Shown: piece by piece, positions 28,166 to 40,125 of the stretch
Numbering within the stretch: position 1 is the first letter of the stretch
How the letters are laid out: every line of letters begins with the position of its first letter
Assembly (NCBI GenBank): GCA_030141605.1
Contig: JAQGDQ010000072.1
Span: 620,001-684,000, forward strand
Direction of reading: 5' to 3'
DNA length: 64,000 bases
Source of the DNA: Tubiluchus corallicola
Lineage: Eukaryota; Animalia; Priapulida
The notes under the pieces: model-generated
The model's input: only the letters and a program-made list of their open reading frames with translations
The model's database searches: none
What the model was told of the DNA's origin: nothing
Translations under genes and position numbers: made by a program

Positions 28166-29220
28166 GTAAGAATTGAATTAGTCAGATGGCTTGTTAACTT
28201 ATCAGACGCCTTCAAGTAATCTCAGTATAAGCCACAACAAAACATTTGCCTTATTGTGATTTCTAGTACTGAATAGCTTTATGTCTAGATTTTGTTGAGA
28301 GAGTTTAGCATCGTTAGCTTTTATAATTGGTATCATATTGGATGGCACAGTATAAGTTCTTAGCGATAGAACCAGTTTATTTTAAAGAAAAAGCCAAGTC
28401 TCTCGGAAAGTTGAGCTTACTTTAATATTTGAGAAAAATGTTAGAAAATATCAGCAATATAATTGTGATAAGCACCTCGTGAAATTAGTAAAATCAATTT
28501 AAAGCCACGAGCACTTCATGGTTGGGCTTGCTCATTTTGAGCGAAAATGGCATTGTCCAGTCTACATGCGTTATAAACTCTTATTCTGCTAGGTGTTTCA
28601 GCAATGTTTTTTGACTAAGTATAGAGCGATTTTTATAAACTGATTAACCTGCTCTGGACCTTCTATACATATATGAAACTTCACAAAAATCTGGAAATTA
28701 ATTATTCACGCAATTAATGTAACTACTTTAAATTTGGTCATAATTGATCCAGTGACTAACTTTTACATAAACATAGTTAAATACAATGCCAGAATAAAGG
28801 AACTTCTGAGTGGACCATACAAATTTTGCCATGCTTACCTTCATGGCATTCACGCTGCCCAGCTTGCACCAGCTTAGGTCATTTTTTTCAAATGTGCCAG
28901 CTGCGATGTTAGTTTGGCGAGAGATAAGAAATATTTAAATTTGCATTTTTAAGCGAGGTACTTTATGCGCATATATTATGTGGTGGTTTCAATGTTTTTA
29001 AATGTATATTAAAATGCAATAAATGTTGTTCGAGGATTAGCTTTTCTTTTAATAGATGTTGTTTCAGTAAAATAAAATCTCTGCTTTGTGCTTAAATTTG
29101 ATGTAAAACTTTTCACTTTGGCTATGTCTACTGCAGTGGTAAGCTCATATTTAAGGCAGAAATAGATAAATTTTGATTTAACAATTTTCTAGTATCAAGT
29201 TTAATGGGCTTGTTTTGTAG

Positions 29221-29373
29221 AATGTTGCTGCTCATGCTGCCCTGCAGGCAGCTCAAGTATTGATGGGACACACACATGGAGCAGCAGAACACACGATAGG
29301 TGGACCAAACACAGTACTCAGGGTCATTGTAGAGAATCTGCTTTATCCGGTTACTTTAGATGTTCTGCAGCAA
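29221..29373 (+). CDS. PTB: PTB exon, linker and RRM2 start
   Basis: AALQAAQ...NTVLRVIVENLLYPVTLDVLQQ; 153 nt. Confidence 0.97.
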
Positions 29374-29887
29374 GTATGTTTCTAGCTACACATTCTGTTA
29401 TTATAGTTATAGTCATGTCACCGAATTGGCCCTACAACTTTACTATAAAAATTTGCCATCCTACATAAGCTTTTTCATGAGTGCTTGTATATCTTAAGGC
29501 TTTCACTTCACACTGGCTTCAGCTGCTTCAGTTAAAGTATTTTCATTTTAAACGCGATGAAAGTAAAAGTGCTAGTAAATTAATGGAGAGGTTGACATGG
29601 CATGTTTACAATTATGTGTGGAGTGATCAGTTTTATGGTAATGCCACATTTTGGCTGCATCTGTTACTCTTTTCCATGCTGAATGACCATTCAGCTATTT
29701 CTTGGTTTCAAACACAACTTGAATGGAGTTTCATTAGAATTTCTTTGCTCAGGACAAGCTTTTGTTTAATGAAAAATAGCATTAGCCTCCATTAGTCTGT
29801 CTATTTTTTCTAAACTCTAGTTAGATAAAAACATTTGTTTGATGGTAGCTACAGCTTGTATTTGAATTCGTAACACTTGTTTTTCAG

Positions 29888-29939
29888 ATATTCTCAAGAT
29901 TTGGCAAAGTTTTAAGAATAATTACATTTACCAAAAATA
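29888..29939 (+). CDS. PTB: PTB exon, RRM2
   Basis: IFSRFGKVLRIITFTKN; 52 nt, ttttcag/GTAAGT. Confidence 0.96.
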
Positions 29940-30052
29940 GTAAGTAACTAGGTTTTTTCAAATTTTGTTTTACGAGTATAGTGCCTTCAGAGTAATGTGG
30001 TCATTTATACAAAAAATAACTTCAAAATTAGTCATGTATATAATAATGACTA

Positions 30053-30073
30053 ATATATATATATATATATATA
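30053..30073. repeat. (TA)n microsatellite
   Basis: Perfect AT run of about 10 units. Confidence 0.9.
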
Positions 30074-30203
30074 ATATGTAAAGGCAGGATTCTATGATTC
30101 CTACATTGTTTCAATCTGTTCATGTTATGTTGTCATGAAAAACTGTAGTTTATTTCCATATTAAATTATATTTGCTACAGCATCAAATGTGTATAATTTT
30201 CAG

Positions 30204-30262
30204 GCACATTCCAAGCTCTAATTCAGTATAATGACGCACAGTCTGCACAGTCAGCTAAGTTG
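30204..30262 (+). CDS. PTB: PTB exon, RRM2
   Basis: (S)TFQALIQYNDAQSAQSAKL; 59 nt, phase 1 to 0. Confidence 0.95.
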
Positions 30263-30442
30263 GTTAGTATTTGTTTTTGACTTTTTATTAATAATATCAT
30301 AATGAAGCGATTATAGTGTTGTTTTTCATTTTTTATTAATAATGTCATGTAGCAATTGTAGTGACCTACTAATATCATCATTTATGACATGTTCAAGCAA
30401 AAGTATTCACTTAATTCGAACAATTTTTCATTGTCCTTACAG

Positions 30443-30611
30443 AATTTAGATGGGCAGAACATCTACAATGCATGCTGTACATTGCGGATTGACTATTCGA
30501 AACTCACCACCTTGAACGTAAAATATAACAATGATAAATCTCGGGACTATACAAATCCCACTTTACCGACCGGAGATCCCATGTTGGACCAGAACCTAGC
30601 ACTAAGTGGCG
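30443..30611 (+). CDS. PTB: PTB exon, RRM2 C-terminus
   Basis: [37 protein letters not shown]; 169 nt. Confidence 0.98.
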
Positions 30612-31556
30612 GTATGTACTTGTGTGCTTAAGTTTAGCATATTTAGTAACTTAAATATGATTGTTATGGTTACTGTTTATGTTTTGTTGCATATTTTATT
30701 AGAAAGCGATATCGTAATTCTAATTTTTATGTGTGCATTGATAGGCTAGTTTTTTTATAATAGGATCTTAATTTCTTTCATTTAAAATTAAATTTTGTTT
30801 TAATTTTCATTAACATGTAGTAATATGACTGTGATTCTGAGGGTTACTGTGTTTAGTTATTGCACACTAGCTAAATTTGCTGCTGCTTTTTTTCTTTTAT
30901 CATGTCACAAGGCCACTCTTTTGATAGCTCTGCAATAAACATTTCATAAATGTCAAATCACCTTAATTGTTCAACATAGTGCAATTCTGGCATTTTTGTT
31001 TATTTTACTTACTATGTCAATCTTAGGCAGGTTTGTCTCATTTGGAATTTCCTAAATTTCTGGTAACTTTGATCCAAAGAAGGCCTAACAATTTAAATGT
31101 TTTGTCTTTGGAAATATATTTAACTGCCTGTATTAAATTATTAAACTAGCAAACGAGATCCACTTGGATATCGTAAAAAAGAGGAGTAGTACATCATGTC
31201 TATAATTCAATCCCTGCATGAAGTTAGTTCATTTGTTCATGTGCACGCTGCAGTGATGTGTTCTGTTGCTGCTGTGCCTTGCCTACACCAAACTTGATTT
31301 GCCAATAACCTCGCTCCATTTTTTGTCATGAAGCCGATTGAATTCTCAGATTTACGTCTTTAGAAAATGCAAGGTGTTGGTAGCAAGTATTGGTATGGCA
31401 CAAGGTATCCTCTTGCAAAATAACTGGAAATAACACAGTTAAATGTTCTTGCCTAGAACTCTGTTCATGCCCCACAGTTTGGTTGTTTACATGTATTACG
31501 TGTGCTGCCACTTTAGTAGCTGCTCTAACTAAGGGTTGTTGTTTTGCTGTGCAAAG

Positions 31557-31649
31557 GTTTACCTGGGATGGTGGCTTCACCGTTCAGCACCGTGCCTGGC
31601 ATGGGCACACCAGCACTAACTGCTTATGGGTTGCCTGCAGCATTAGGAG
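31557..31649 (+). CDS. PTB: PTB RRM2-RRM3 linker exon, probable cassette
   Basis: 93 nt, phase 1/1, GLPGMVASPFSTVPGMGTPALTAYGLPAALG; CTAAC branch-like motif 31525-31529, weak AAG acceptor, G|GTAATA donor. Confidence 0.8.
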
Positions 31650-31962
31650 GTAATATATTGTTTCCCCCTCTTCACTGTCCTCCCTCGCTTCGTAGACTGT
31701 AGTTTATCTTCCTTGAATCCGTTTAATATCTTTCACATCTGGAGTACTTGCTATTTCCCATTATTTCTCATTGCTTTTTGGTTTCCAGTTGTCTCGTTTT
31801 GCTCAATTTTCTTTGGTGACATTCTAACTGCACTGCTATGCATCTTTATGTCAGTTTCTTTGCCTAATTTTAGTATGTGTTGTTTGACATGTCAGCTAGC
31901 ATGTCAGAATGTTATTTTCAGTACAAGCAGTAGTGTGGGTATAGCTGTATCTGGGTCCAAAA

Positions 31963-32682
31963 TGGATGTTACTGAAACGAAATTTTCGTTCTGATTTGCC
32001 GATAATTGCACTTTCAGTTAAGTTTCGGTTTCGGCGATATTTATTAAATTTTGTAGCCGAAATATCGAGTAAGTTTCCATAGCATTTTTCCGGGGTTTAC
32101 TAGTATTTATCCAATTTACCTTTTCTTTTCTCCTAGATGTCAAAAGCCGCCGAAAAATGTTGACTAAATTAGCTCAAATAAAACAAAAATTTGTAGGGTG
32201 CTTTTACCGGCAATGTGGAATGTCTTCAGTGCTGACGACTGTGAAGTTTTAGGGCTTCCAGGTCCAATCAACCCAAACATCAAACCACGTTTGAATTTAC
32301 TTGAGCAGAATTTTTATAATTTATGAAATATAAGCAACAAAATATCTATAAAATAAAATTTGTTTATTTTTAATGAAGTATTATGATCTTTAAACATCAA
32401 TCATTAGGGAGACTTAAATCCAAAAACATTATAACACATTTTCTACGGTAAGCTACTCCATCAAACTTGAGGTTCCGTACTGTGAAACTTTCTTGTCCTT
32501 TGTGTCCTTTTTGTATTAAAATTTTTTATAAGTAATTTTGCATCACAGCAAATAAAAGCAAACAAAAAGCAAACTATTTTACTTATTTTAGAATTTTCTT
32601 TTTTTAGTTTTAATAATAGTTGGTTTTGCAAAAATGTTTTGGTTCGGTTTCGGTTTGTAAATTCAGTTTTGGTAACATCCTT
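31963..32682. mobile_element. Non-autonomous DNA transposon (MITE) in a PTB intron
   Basis: Imperfect TIRs GGATGTTACTGAAAC / GTTTTGGTAACATCC; flanking duplication GGTCCAAAA (31954-31962, 32683-32691); subterminal TTTCGG repeats. Confidence 0.8.
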
Positions 32683-33995
32683 GGTCCAAAAATGAATGTC
32701 GTGCAACCCATACATCCAAGATTTAGTTAATTTACCATTAACATTGGGGCATAAGGTAAGTTAGGGATTGCCGTACTTGCTGACAGAGAAGTGTTAATGA
32801 AACAAAAATGTTAGTTTTTTGCAGTTAGTCCCGTTGTGTTCTGATTATGGACATACATAACTTAATACATATTGAAATTTTTATGGCTACTACTAGCAAA
32901 AGTCATTGAGTTGATAATTGAATGATGTTTTCGTACAGTTTTGCATGACAGGGAAATAGGCACACATGCCCACTTACAGACGTAGTTTTGGGGAACATCA
33001 TAAAACTAGTAATAGCATTAATAATTTTGGTGTAGTTCTGGATTATTGGAAATTATGTGAACTTTGGTTTGTGTAAACATTTTTATGTGAACGGTATATG
33101 GATACTGACAAAATTGTTATCAAATATGCTGTTGTTCAGATTAAAAACTCTTTTTCTTTGGTTAATCAAAATAGTGTATTTTTCTGGCTTTGTTGATGAT
33201 GATGATCATGATTGCATACTAAAGTAGTTTTAGGAAATTTTCTTGTCTGTCTCCTTATCTTTTTTTGTGAATACACAATGCTAATGATCTTTTCATCTTT
33301 AGAAGTTTACAGTACATTAATAAGAGATGCCCTGAACAACGAAAACTGTTCATATCATTTTGTTTGTGATAATCAGTTGCTCTAGTATTCACTTTATATA
33401 AAAGTTAGTGTGTTTATACGTGCTAGCAAAAGTTTGTTCACTTTTTTGCTGCACCTGATTTTACATTTTTTTACAATTTTACTAGAAGCAAATACTTAAT
33501 ATCTAAGTGTGCATTACTGAGGTCAGTTTGTTTTCATCAAGTACATTTATGGAAATGAGTGTGATAAATAAGAGGTTCAATATTCTGATTATTCTGACTT
33601 GAACTTGGGTAATTGGGCACTGAAATATAATTTGCTTTGCACTTGTGTATATGTCTGGATTATAATCCAAAATGTTGTTGAATAAAAACCATTGTTGAAA
33701 ATAAGTTATTTTATAATTAGAACAAAGACTGCAAGCTTGACAAAACTTCACTTACTAATTTCTTCGGTATCAGCAGTGCATTATCTTTTGGTGCTGAGGA
33801 AATCTTGGTTTCACAGCTACCAATAATTATTTAGTACATTGAATTACTTAACCATCTGCTATTGTATTTGTTAACACGAAATGCTTTTAAGTATAAAATT
33901 GTTTTTATGTAGTTATTTTTAGCTGTCTTCTGCTAATAAGTAAGCTTATACCTGCATACAATGTCTTAATACCTGTTTATGTAACTGTTAAACAG

Positions 33996-34159
33996 GCCTA
34001 GGGAGAAGTGGTGGCCTTTCTGTCATTCCTGGCTTGGCTGGGTTACCAGGTCTTCCTGGACTAAACCCCACAGCATTAGCGATGGGAGCTGCTGGACTGC
34101 GATTGCCAGGACAACCACTCGGAGGGGAGGTTCTTCTCGTCAGTAATCTCAATGAACAG
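33996..34159 (+). CDS. PTB: PTB exon, Gly/Pro/Leu linker and RRM3 start
   Basis: ...LRLPGQPLGGEVLLVSNLNEQ; 164 nt, CAG|GTAAGT. Confidence 0.95.
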
Positions 34160-35072
34160 GTAAGTTTGCGTGGTTGAAATGTTGGAACCCTACTTTGCTT
34201 GATTGCAAATGGGACAGCTCTGATAAATGATTTGCTTGTTTTAAGATCTTTTGCATGCTGTTTTTTGATATATCAGTGCATTATTTACGTTGGTTCTTGG
34301 TGCACAGTTTCTTTAATTTGCATATTTTTTATTGATTAGTATCTTAGAACACAAGCTTATCTACCGAGCTGTCCTATTTGATACCCAAAAATTCTAGTGT
34401 ACAAAAAAATGCTATGCAGTTCTGTAACTTCTCCCTTGTGGAAAGTTTTCATTTATTTTACTGAATTCTTTTATCCATATTACAAGCACTGACAAGAAAT
34501 TCATCTTGCAAACCTGGCAAAATACATTGAGGACAAACAAGTTATTTTATTATAAGCTTTTAAATTGTGTTTGGTTCGTTAACTTTTTATTAATGGTAGA
34601 CCTACACTTTCATGGCTGTTGAGAAAAATAGCGCTTAGATCCTTTGCAAGTTTTATTTGCATTTCTATCATGCGCTGTGCACTTTAATATTACCTGCTTA
34701 CTGTGCTCTCACGGGTACTAGAATACAGATCTTTGCCTTCGTTTTAAACGTGAAGGCTGACACTTGAATTGTATCACACATTCGTACTGCTATAGCATCA
34801 CATGTTCGTACTGCTATAGACTAGCAGTGTTTCGAATTAATACTAAATTTCTTTCATCTTACTAGTTTGACTGCACTTCGCACTAAGCGGAGTCATGCAT
34901 GCTTGTTTATTAATCAACTACTGTTGTTATAGTTTAATTAATGTTTCACTGACGGTGATTTTCCTTTCTTTCCCGATCGTGATTCAATGTGCTGCTCGGT
35001 GTATCTAACGTGGACTTCTCTATTCGTTCGCTCGGACAATCCGTCCCTCTTACGCTCTGCTACTCTCTCTAG

Positions 35073-35106
35073 ATGGTCACGCCAGAAGCTCTCTTTACCC
35101 TTTTTG
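35073..35106 (+). CDS. PTB: PTB 34-nt RRM3 exon (MVTPEALFTLFG)
   Basis: ctctctctag acceptor, G|GTACGT donor; same size and position as vertebrate PTBP1 exon 11 / PTBP2 exon 10. Confidence 0.95.
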
Positions 35107-37098
35107 GTACGTTTTATTGGCACTTTTTATTTATTTTTCTTTACTCCTTGACAAGCTTACTGCACTATATGTAATATCTTCAGATACAAAATTTTTCTAT
35201 TTGTTCATTTATGATCCTGCAAGTGTGAATGTTGGGTGTATAAGGTGAAAGATTGTTTATAGTTACTATGTCTTCTAAAATTGTTGAATGGTTATTGTGT
35301 CACCAACTGTACTGAACATGGTAATATTTAATAAAGACGAGACATCATTTACACTTCTTATTGTACTTTTCGAAAAGTAATCTGTCGATACTTGGTGTGA
35401 CATCTGCTTTTGTTGTTTCTTTAAAAGTTTCAGTAATATTTCAATGTTTGTAAATGCTAGCAAAAAATTACTAATCTAGAGTGAGGCCACATATTATGCC
35501 ATAAATGTGTTGTAATTGTAACATTGGACTACACAGTTCATTTTGACTGAAGTTCGTAAAATATGAGTAAACATCTAGACCTCCACAGTAAATGTACTGA
35601 TTCTGTTGCCATATGGCATGTCTGTTTACTTATGGGTGAACATAAAATTTCTGACGGAAATTTCAGCGCTTAGTAACATTTTACCATTCATGGTGATTTG
35701 TACATAAAATTTGAGGTCTTAATGTAGCGACATCAAAGTGATTGTTTATTTTTTATTTGGGTGCATAGAAAAATGAGAAGCAAAATGCATAAGTAAGAAG
35801 TAAATGGTAAGCGAAAACAATTTTGTCCATTTTTTTGTAAAAGTTACAACTTCATAATATAGGCAATATGTCTATGATCGGTGTCATGCTATATCTAAAC
35901 TCTGTTCTGAGTAGGGTTTTGTAGACCTATTTAGATTTTAATGTAACTTATTTTACTAAAAAATTCACAGCTTTTCATAGTTTAAAATGACAATTTTGTC
36001 ATACAGTGACTGCAAAAACTTTAAAATTCTAAAGAAATTAAGAATGGGTATTTGTAATGCAGTAACACCTACAATTTGTTGAATGAACATTATACTTTTG
36101 AGTTTGGATCCCAGTTATTATTTGTCAGCAGCAGCTGCTTCTGTCATGGATTTGTGTTGTCCTCATTGTTGACGCAAATGAAAATGATCATGATCATGAT
36201 TACGATTGTTGTTGTTAGTACAAGACAATGCTATTGACGATTATGATGATAATACCGAAGATCTATTATAGTGATGGTGAAATTGTTTAAAATATGTACA
36301 TTCCGATGTATCCTGCAAAAACTTCGCGAGCGTTATAATTTAGTGTATTAATTATGCAGTATATTTATTAACTGAACTTTATTTTTTGGGCATTTGATCT
36401 TTTAATATAATTTACAGTTTGATAAACAATAATTCATCCAGTTCTTCTACTTATGTGTGCACCGAGTAACTCCGATTCTAGTTCAAGTCTTTTTACTATC
36501 AACAACAATTCTGCTTTCAATTGTAGCAGAAAGCTACTCGAAATTGATTTGCGTGAACTAAATTGTCGAATTAAGTTGTTGTCGTCTTTTTTACGATACT
36601 TTGCAGATTGTCCTAGGAGTGAATTATAGTATGGGATCTCAATGCCACTTTGTTAGTCTGTTTATATATGTTGAGTTTTATTCACTGTGTTTCTGTTTAC
36701 TACTTTCCTTTTTTTGTGCTTCTTATAATAACAGTTTCTTTGCTTGCGATACTATTCTCTAGTACTCATAGATAATACTTGGGCAACATCTACTGTATTT
36801 TGTCTATTAAACCGTGAATGGTTTGATCTAAAATATTCTTCATATGGTAAGTATCTTGACTGAGCCTGTTGGTTCGGTTGCTAAGTTTTGACATCCAGGG
36901 ATTTTGAGTTCAAATCTCTTTGCCTGTGTTTTGATTGGAGTGTTTTTCGATTGAGACGTGCTACTGTATATACTGAGAAAGATGAAACATCTGACGGGGG
37001 AGTGAAAGATGTCAGTATGGTAAAGCCAAATTTTTAAAATCCTGTTCATTCTGTGGCTATGTTTTGCAGCCGATTTGACATGTCTGTTATTCTTATAG

Positions 37099-37191
37099 GT
37101 GTTTATGGTGATGTAAATCGTGTAAAAATTCTTTATAACAAGAAAGACAATGCCTTAGTACAAATGGCTGATGCACAGCAGGCACAACTGG
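37099..37191 (+). CDS. PTB: PTB exon, RRM3
   Basis: [31 protein letters not shown]; 93 nt. Confidence 0.98.
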
Positions 37192-37622
37192 GTAAATTCC
37201 TTTCATCTGTTTCTTTTTCGTATTTTAGGGTAATGGGGATTTTCAATTAAATCAAATTTTGATTTTTGCACAAAAATGGCAGCTTACGTGAAATGCATTG
37301 TCAAATTTTTGCTCTTTTTTATAGGATTTAAACTGTAGCTGCGATATAATCTTAAATTTACACAACATTTTTAAGACTAATAAAATTATGCTAGCACTTT
37401 TATTTAAATTCACACATGATATTTAGTTTTATAAAAAATAACTTAGTTTCCTCTATTTGATTATTGTGATTATTCCTAAGCAAAGCTTCTGAAATTTGAA
37501 GCGTAGAGAATTGCACTAATAAAACAAGCTGCAGAGAAATTTTTATTGAGAAGCATGTAATGTCTGCCTTAAGGTCATTGTAAATTTGTTACATTTGTCT
37601 AAATAGTTTTTGATTATTTTAG

Positions 37623-37720
37623 CCATGACTCACCTGGATAAACTGAAACTTTGGGGAAAGGTGATCCGTGTTGCTCCATCCAAACACGTTTCCGTGCAGA
37701 TGCCTAAAGACGGGCAACCT
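37623..37720 (+). CDS. PTB: PTB exon, RRM3 C-part
   Basis: AMTHLDKLKLWGKVIRVAPSKHVSVQMPKDGQP; 98 nt. Confidence 0.97.
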
Positions 37721-37991
37721 GTAGGTATCTTTAAAAGATTACAAAGTGTTTGCTTGTGTACCACTGCATTTCACAATATAATTGTGAGAGTCTGTATTAA
37801 ATTTTACAAGCATATCTTATAGAAAACATAGTTTCTTCAGTACCTTAAAAGTATGTATGTTTTATGTTAATCACATCACATCTCCAGCTATAAAAGAATT
37901 GATTAGTAAGTCATGTTGCAATTTCATTTGTTTGTTCGTACTATAAGAGTGTGTGTAAGTTTTTCATTATATTTCACATTTTACATTGTAG

Positions 37992-38110
37992 GATGCCGGG
38001 CTTACGAAGGACTTCACTTCGTCCACCCTCCATCGATTCAAGAAGCCTGGATCGAAAAACTACCAAAACATTTTTCCTCCATCCGTCACATTGCATCTAT
38101 CTAACATTCC
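37992..38110 (+). CDS. PTB: PTB exon, RRM3-4 linker and RRM4 start
   Basis: [40 protein letters not shown]; 119 nt. Confidence 0.98.
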
Positions 38111-38505
38111 GTAAGTATTTTATAGTGTTAAACGCAATTTTTGAAGTTGGGATGGATATTGAGTAAAATTAAGTAAAACCAGAGATATGTAACAACTTGC
38201 CACATCATTTGTAGTATATAAGACTACACAAATTTCATTATACGTATTATAATATAATGACAATAAATTGCTTGCTTACTTACTTATTATACATTATTGG
38301 AAACACGTCTAGCTTGCTGTTTTTATTTTTATGTACTTGAGAAGTGAATAACGGCAGTTCTCAAGAAAATTTTTGTGTTCGATTCATTTGTCAAGTTCAT
38401 TTGCTCAGTTTAGCCAATTCTATGATTTCATTTATAATTTACTTTAGGTAGTCTGCATAACATGTTTGTCTGGTTATGTCATAATTGCTTTTTTCATTTT
38501 TCTAG

Positions 38506-38586
38506 ACCAAATGTTACTGAGGAAGAAATCAAAGACGCTTTTATGGAAACGACAGGTGGAACTGTCAAGGCATTTAAATTCTTCCC
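38506..38586 (+). CDS. PTB: PTB exon, RRM4
   Basis: PNVTEEEIKDAFMETTGGTVKAFKFFP; 81 nt, phase 2/2. Confidence 0.96.
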
Positions 38587-39686
38587 GTAAGTCCACTTCT
38601 TGATTCAAGAATGATTTTCCTTGTAATTTTCTATGATTTAATGTATAGTATTATTATACAGCAAGTCCTTGCTTAACGACTCATGATGGTGATTTATCTT
38701 TGAGTCAAATGTTTGCTTCTTGCTCGAAGTGCTAAACGTCTTGTGTATTGTGTTATTACTTTTTGGAAAAGCTGCTACGAGCCTAATTCAAAACTAGATG
38801 GTTTTCGGAAAGTCACTGTGTACTTATATATATATTTATTAACAGACATGTTTCAGTATAGAATACAGGAGGTAAATATGAATAACACTACATCTGTGTA
38901 TCTACCACCTTCTCGGGTGAGACATAAACGTTCTTCAGTTGTTAAAATCATATCGGGATCAAAAGCTGAAATGTAAAAAACATGTATTACGCAAATATGT
39001 GCCCTAGTTATTCTCAGTAAGGTCAGATAGCAGCACATACCTGCAGGAGTAGATTCACCTTTTTGTGCTTATCTGTATTAGTGATGAATCCATCTGTTTT
39101 ATGTTACATATTGATAGCTCTCTTGCAAGCCAATTCTTTTTGTTTACACGTTTGTAAGAACAATACTGTGTGAAACATTTCTTAGCAGGTGCACACACTA
39201 AGTTTAAAAAAAGAAATATTCATGGCATTAGATGTGAAATTGGACATTCTTAAGATTGTCTGACATTAGAGACAAAGTATTTGCTCAGTGAGCTATAAAG
39301 ACGGTTCACAAAAAGCAAAACAAATTAAGCTACCTCTAACAACGTTGTACATAAATATGGGATTTAGGAAAAAAGATCGCCGGCAAATGGAAAACACACC
39401 TGATGGAAGACGCACAAAAGCATGTTTGTGAGCTGGGCATTACTGATTTTTGCCCGTGTAGTGCATTGCCACGATCTATATTTCTTATGAAAAACATTGC
39501 TTCATTTAACAACGGTTTTGCTAGAACTTTATGTTGTGAAGAAAGGGCTTGCTGTACTATATATGTAAACTTAATGATATTACTATTTTAACAAAATAAT
39601 TTCAAATGTTTGTGCTTGTTAAGTTTTTGTCACTTATTCGTTGAAGGGAATCGTTTGTGCATAATGTAAATTTCTTACATTTTCAG

Positions 39687-39750
39687 AAAAGACCGAAAGA
39701 TGGCGCTGATACAGATGGGGAACTTGGAGGAAGCTGTTGTTGCTCTTATC
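39687..39750 (+). CDS. PTB: PTB exon, RRM4
   Basis: KDRKMALIQMGNLEEAVVALI; 64 nt. Confidence 0.97.
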
Positions 39751-40056
39751 GTAAGTTTTTTTCTTGCAGTTTAATGGCAGTAGAATTACCTGTGCATGTG
39801 TGACTGCAGAGAAAATTCCCGATTTACCATGTTACTGCGGGCTAGTTCTCTCCTTAAGGAAGGACGAGCATTTATCCAATTGTGCCTAAGTCACATTTCT
39901 CTCTGTTGTCCTTGACATAGAGAAAAAAGAGCTAGGTTTCTGTACAGTCATTCAACAGTAGTTACTAATCCCTGCAATTGTGCACTGAATTGAGACATGC
40001 AACATGTTAAACTGAATAGGAACCAGAATGTAAACGTTTTTTAATTGTTGTTTTAG

Positions 40057-40125
40057 GCTATGCATAATTATCAGCTGGGTGATTCAAGTCACTTGAGAGT
40101 TTCATTTTCCAAATCAACAATCTGA
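40057..40125 (+). CDS. PTB: PTB last coding exon
   Basis: AMHNYQLGDSSHLRVSFSKSTI* matches the PTB C-terminus; summed CDS with exon A is 1653 nt (550 aa). Confidence 0.98.
   Translation, partial: AMHNYQLGDSSHLRVSFSKSTI

Noticed and set aside
34938-35123. Lys/Arg/Glu-rich minus-strand ORF over the 34-nt exon
   Set aside because: By-product of the pyrimidine-rich plus strand
35275-35463. Minus-strand ORF contains FSKSTI, identical to the PTB C-terminus
   Set aside because: Codons differ (TCG AAA AGT versus TCC AAA TCA) and flanks are unrelated; it overlaps a simple palindrome TACTTTTCGAAAAGTA (35364-35379), so it is treated as coincidence
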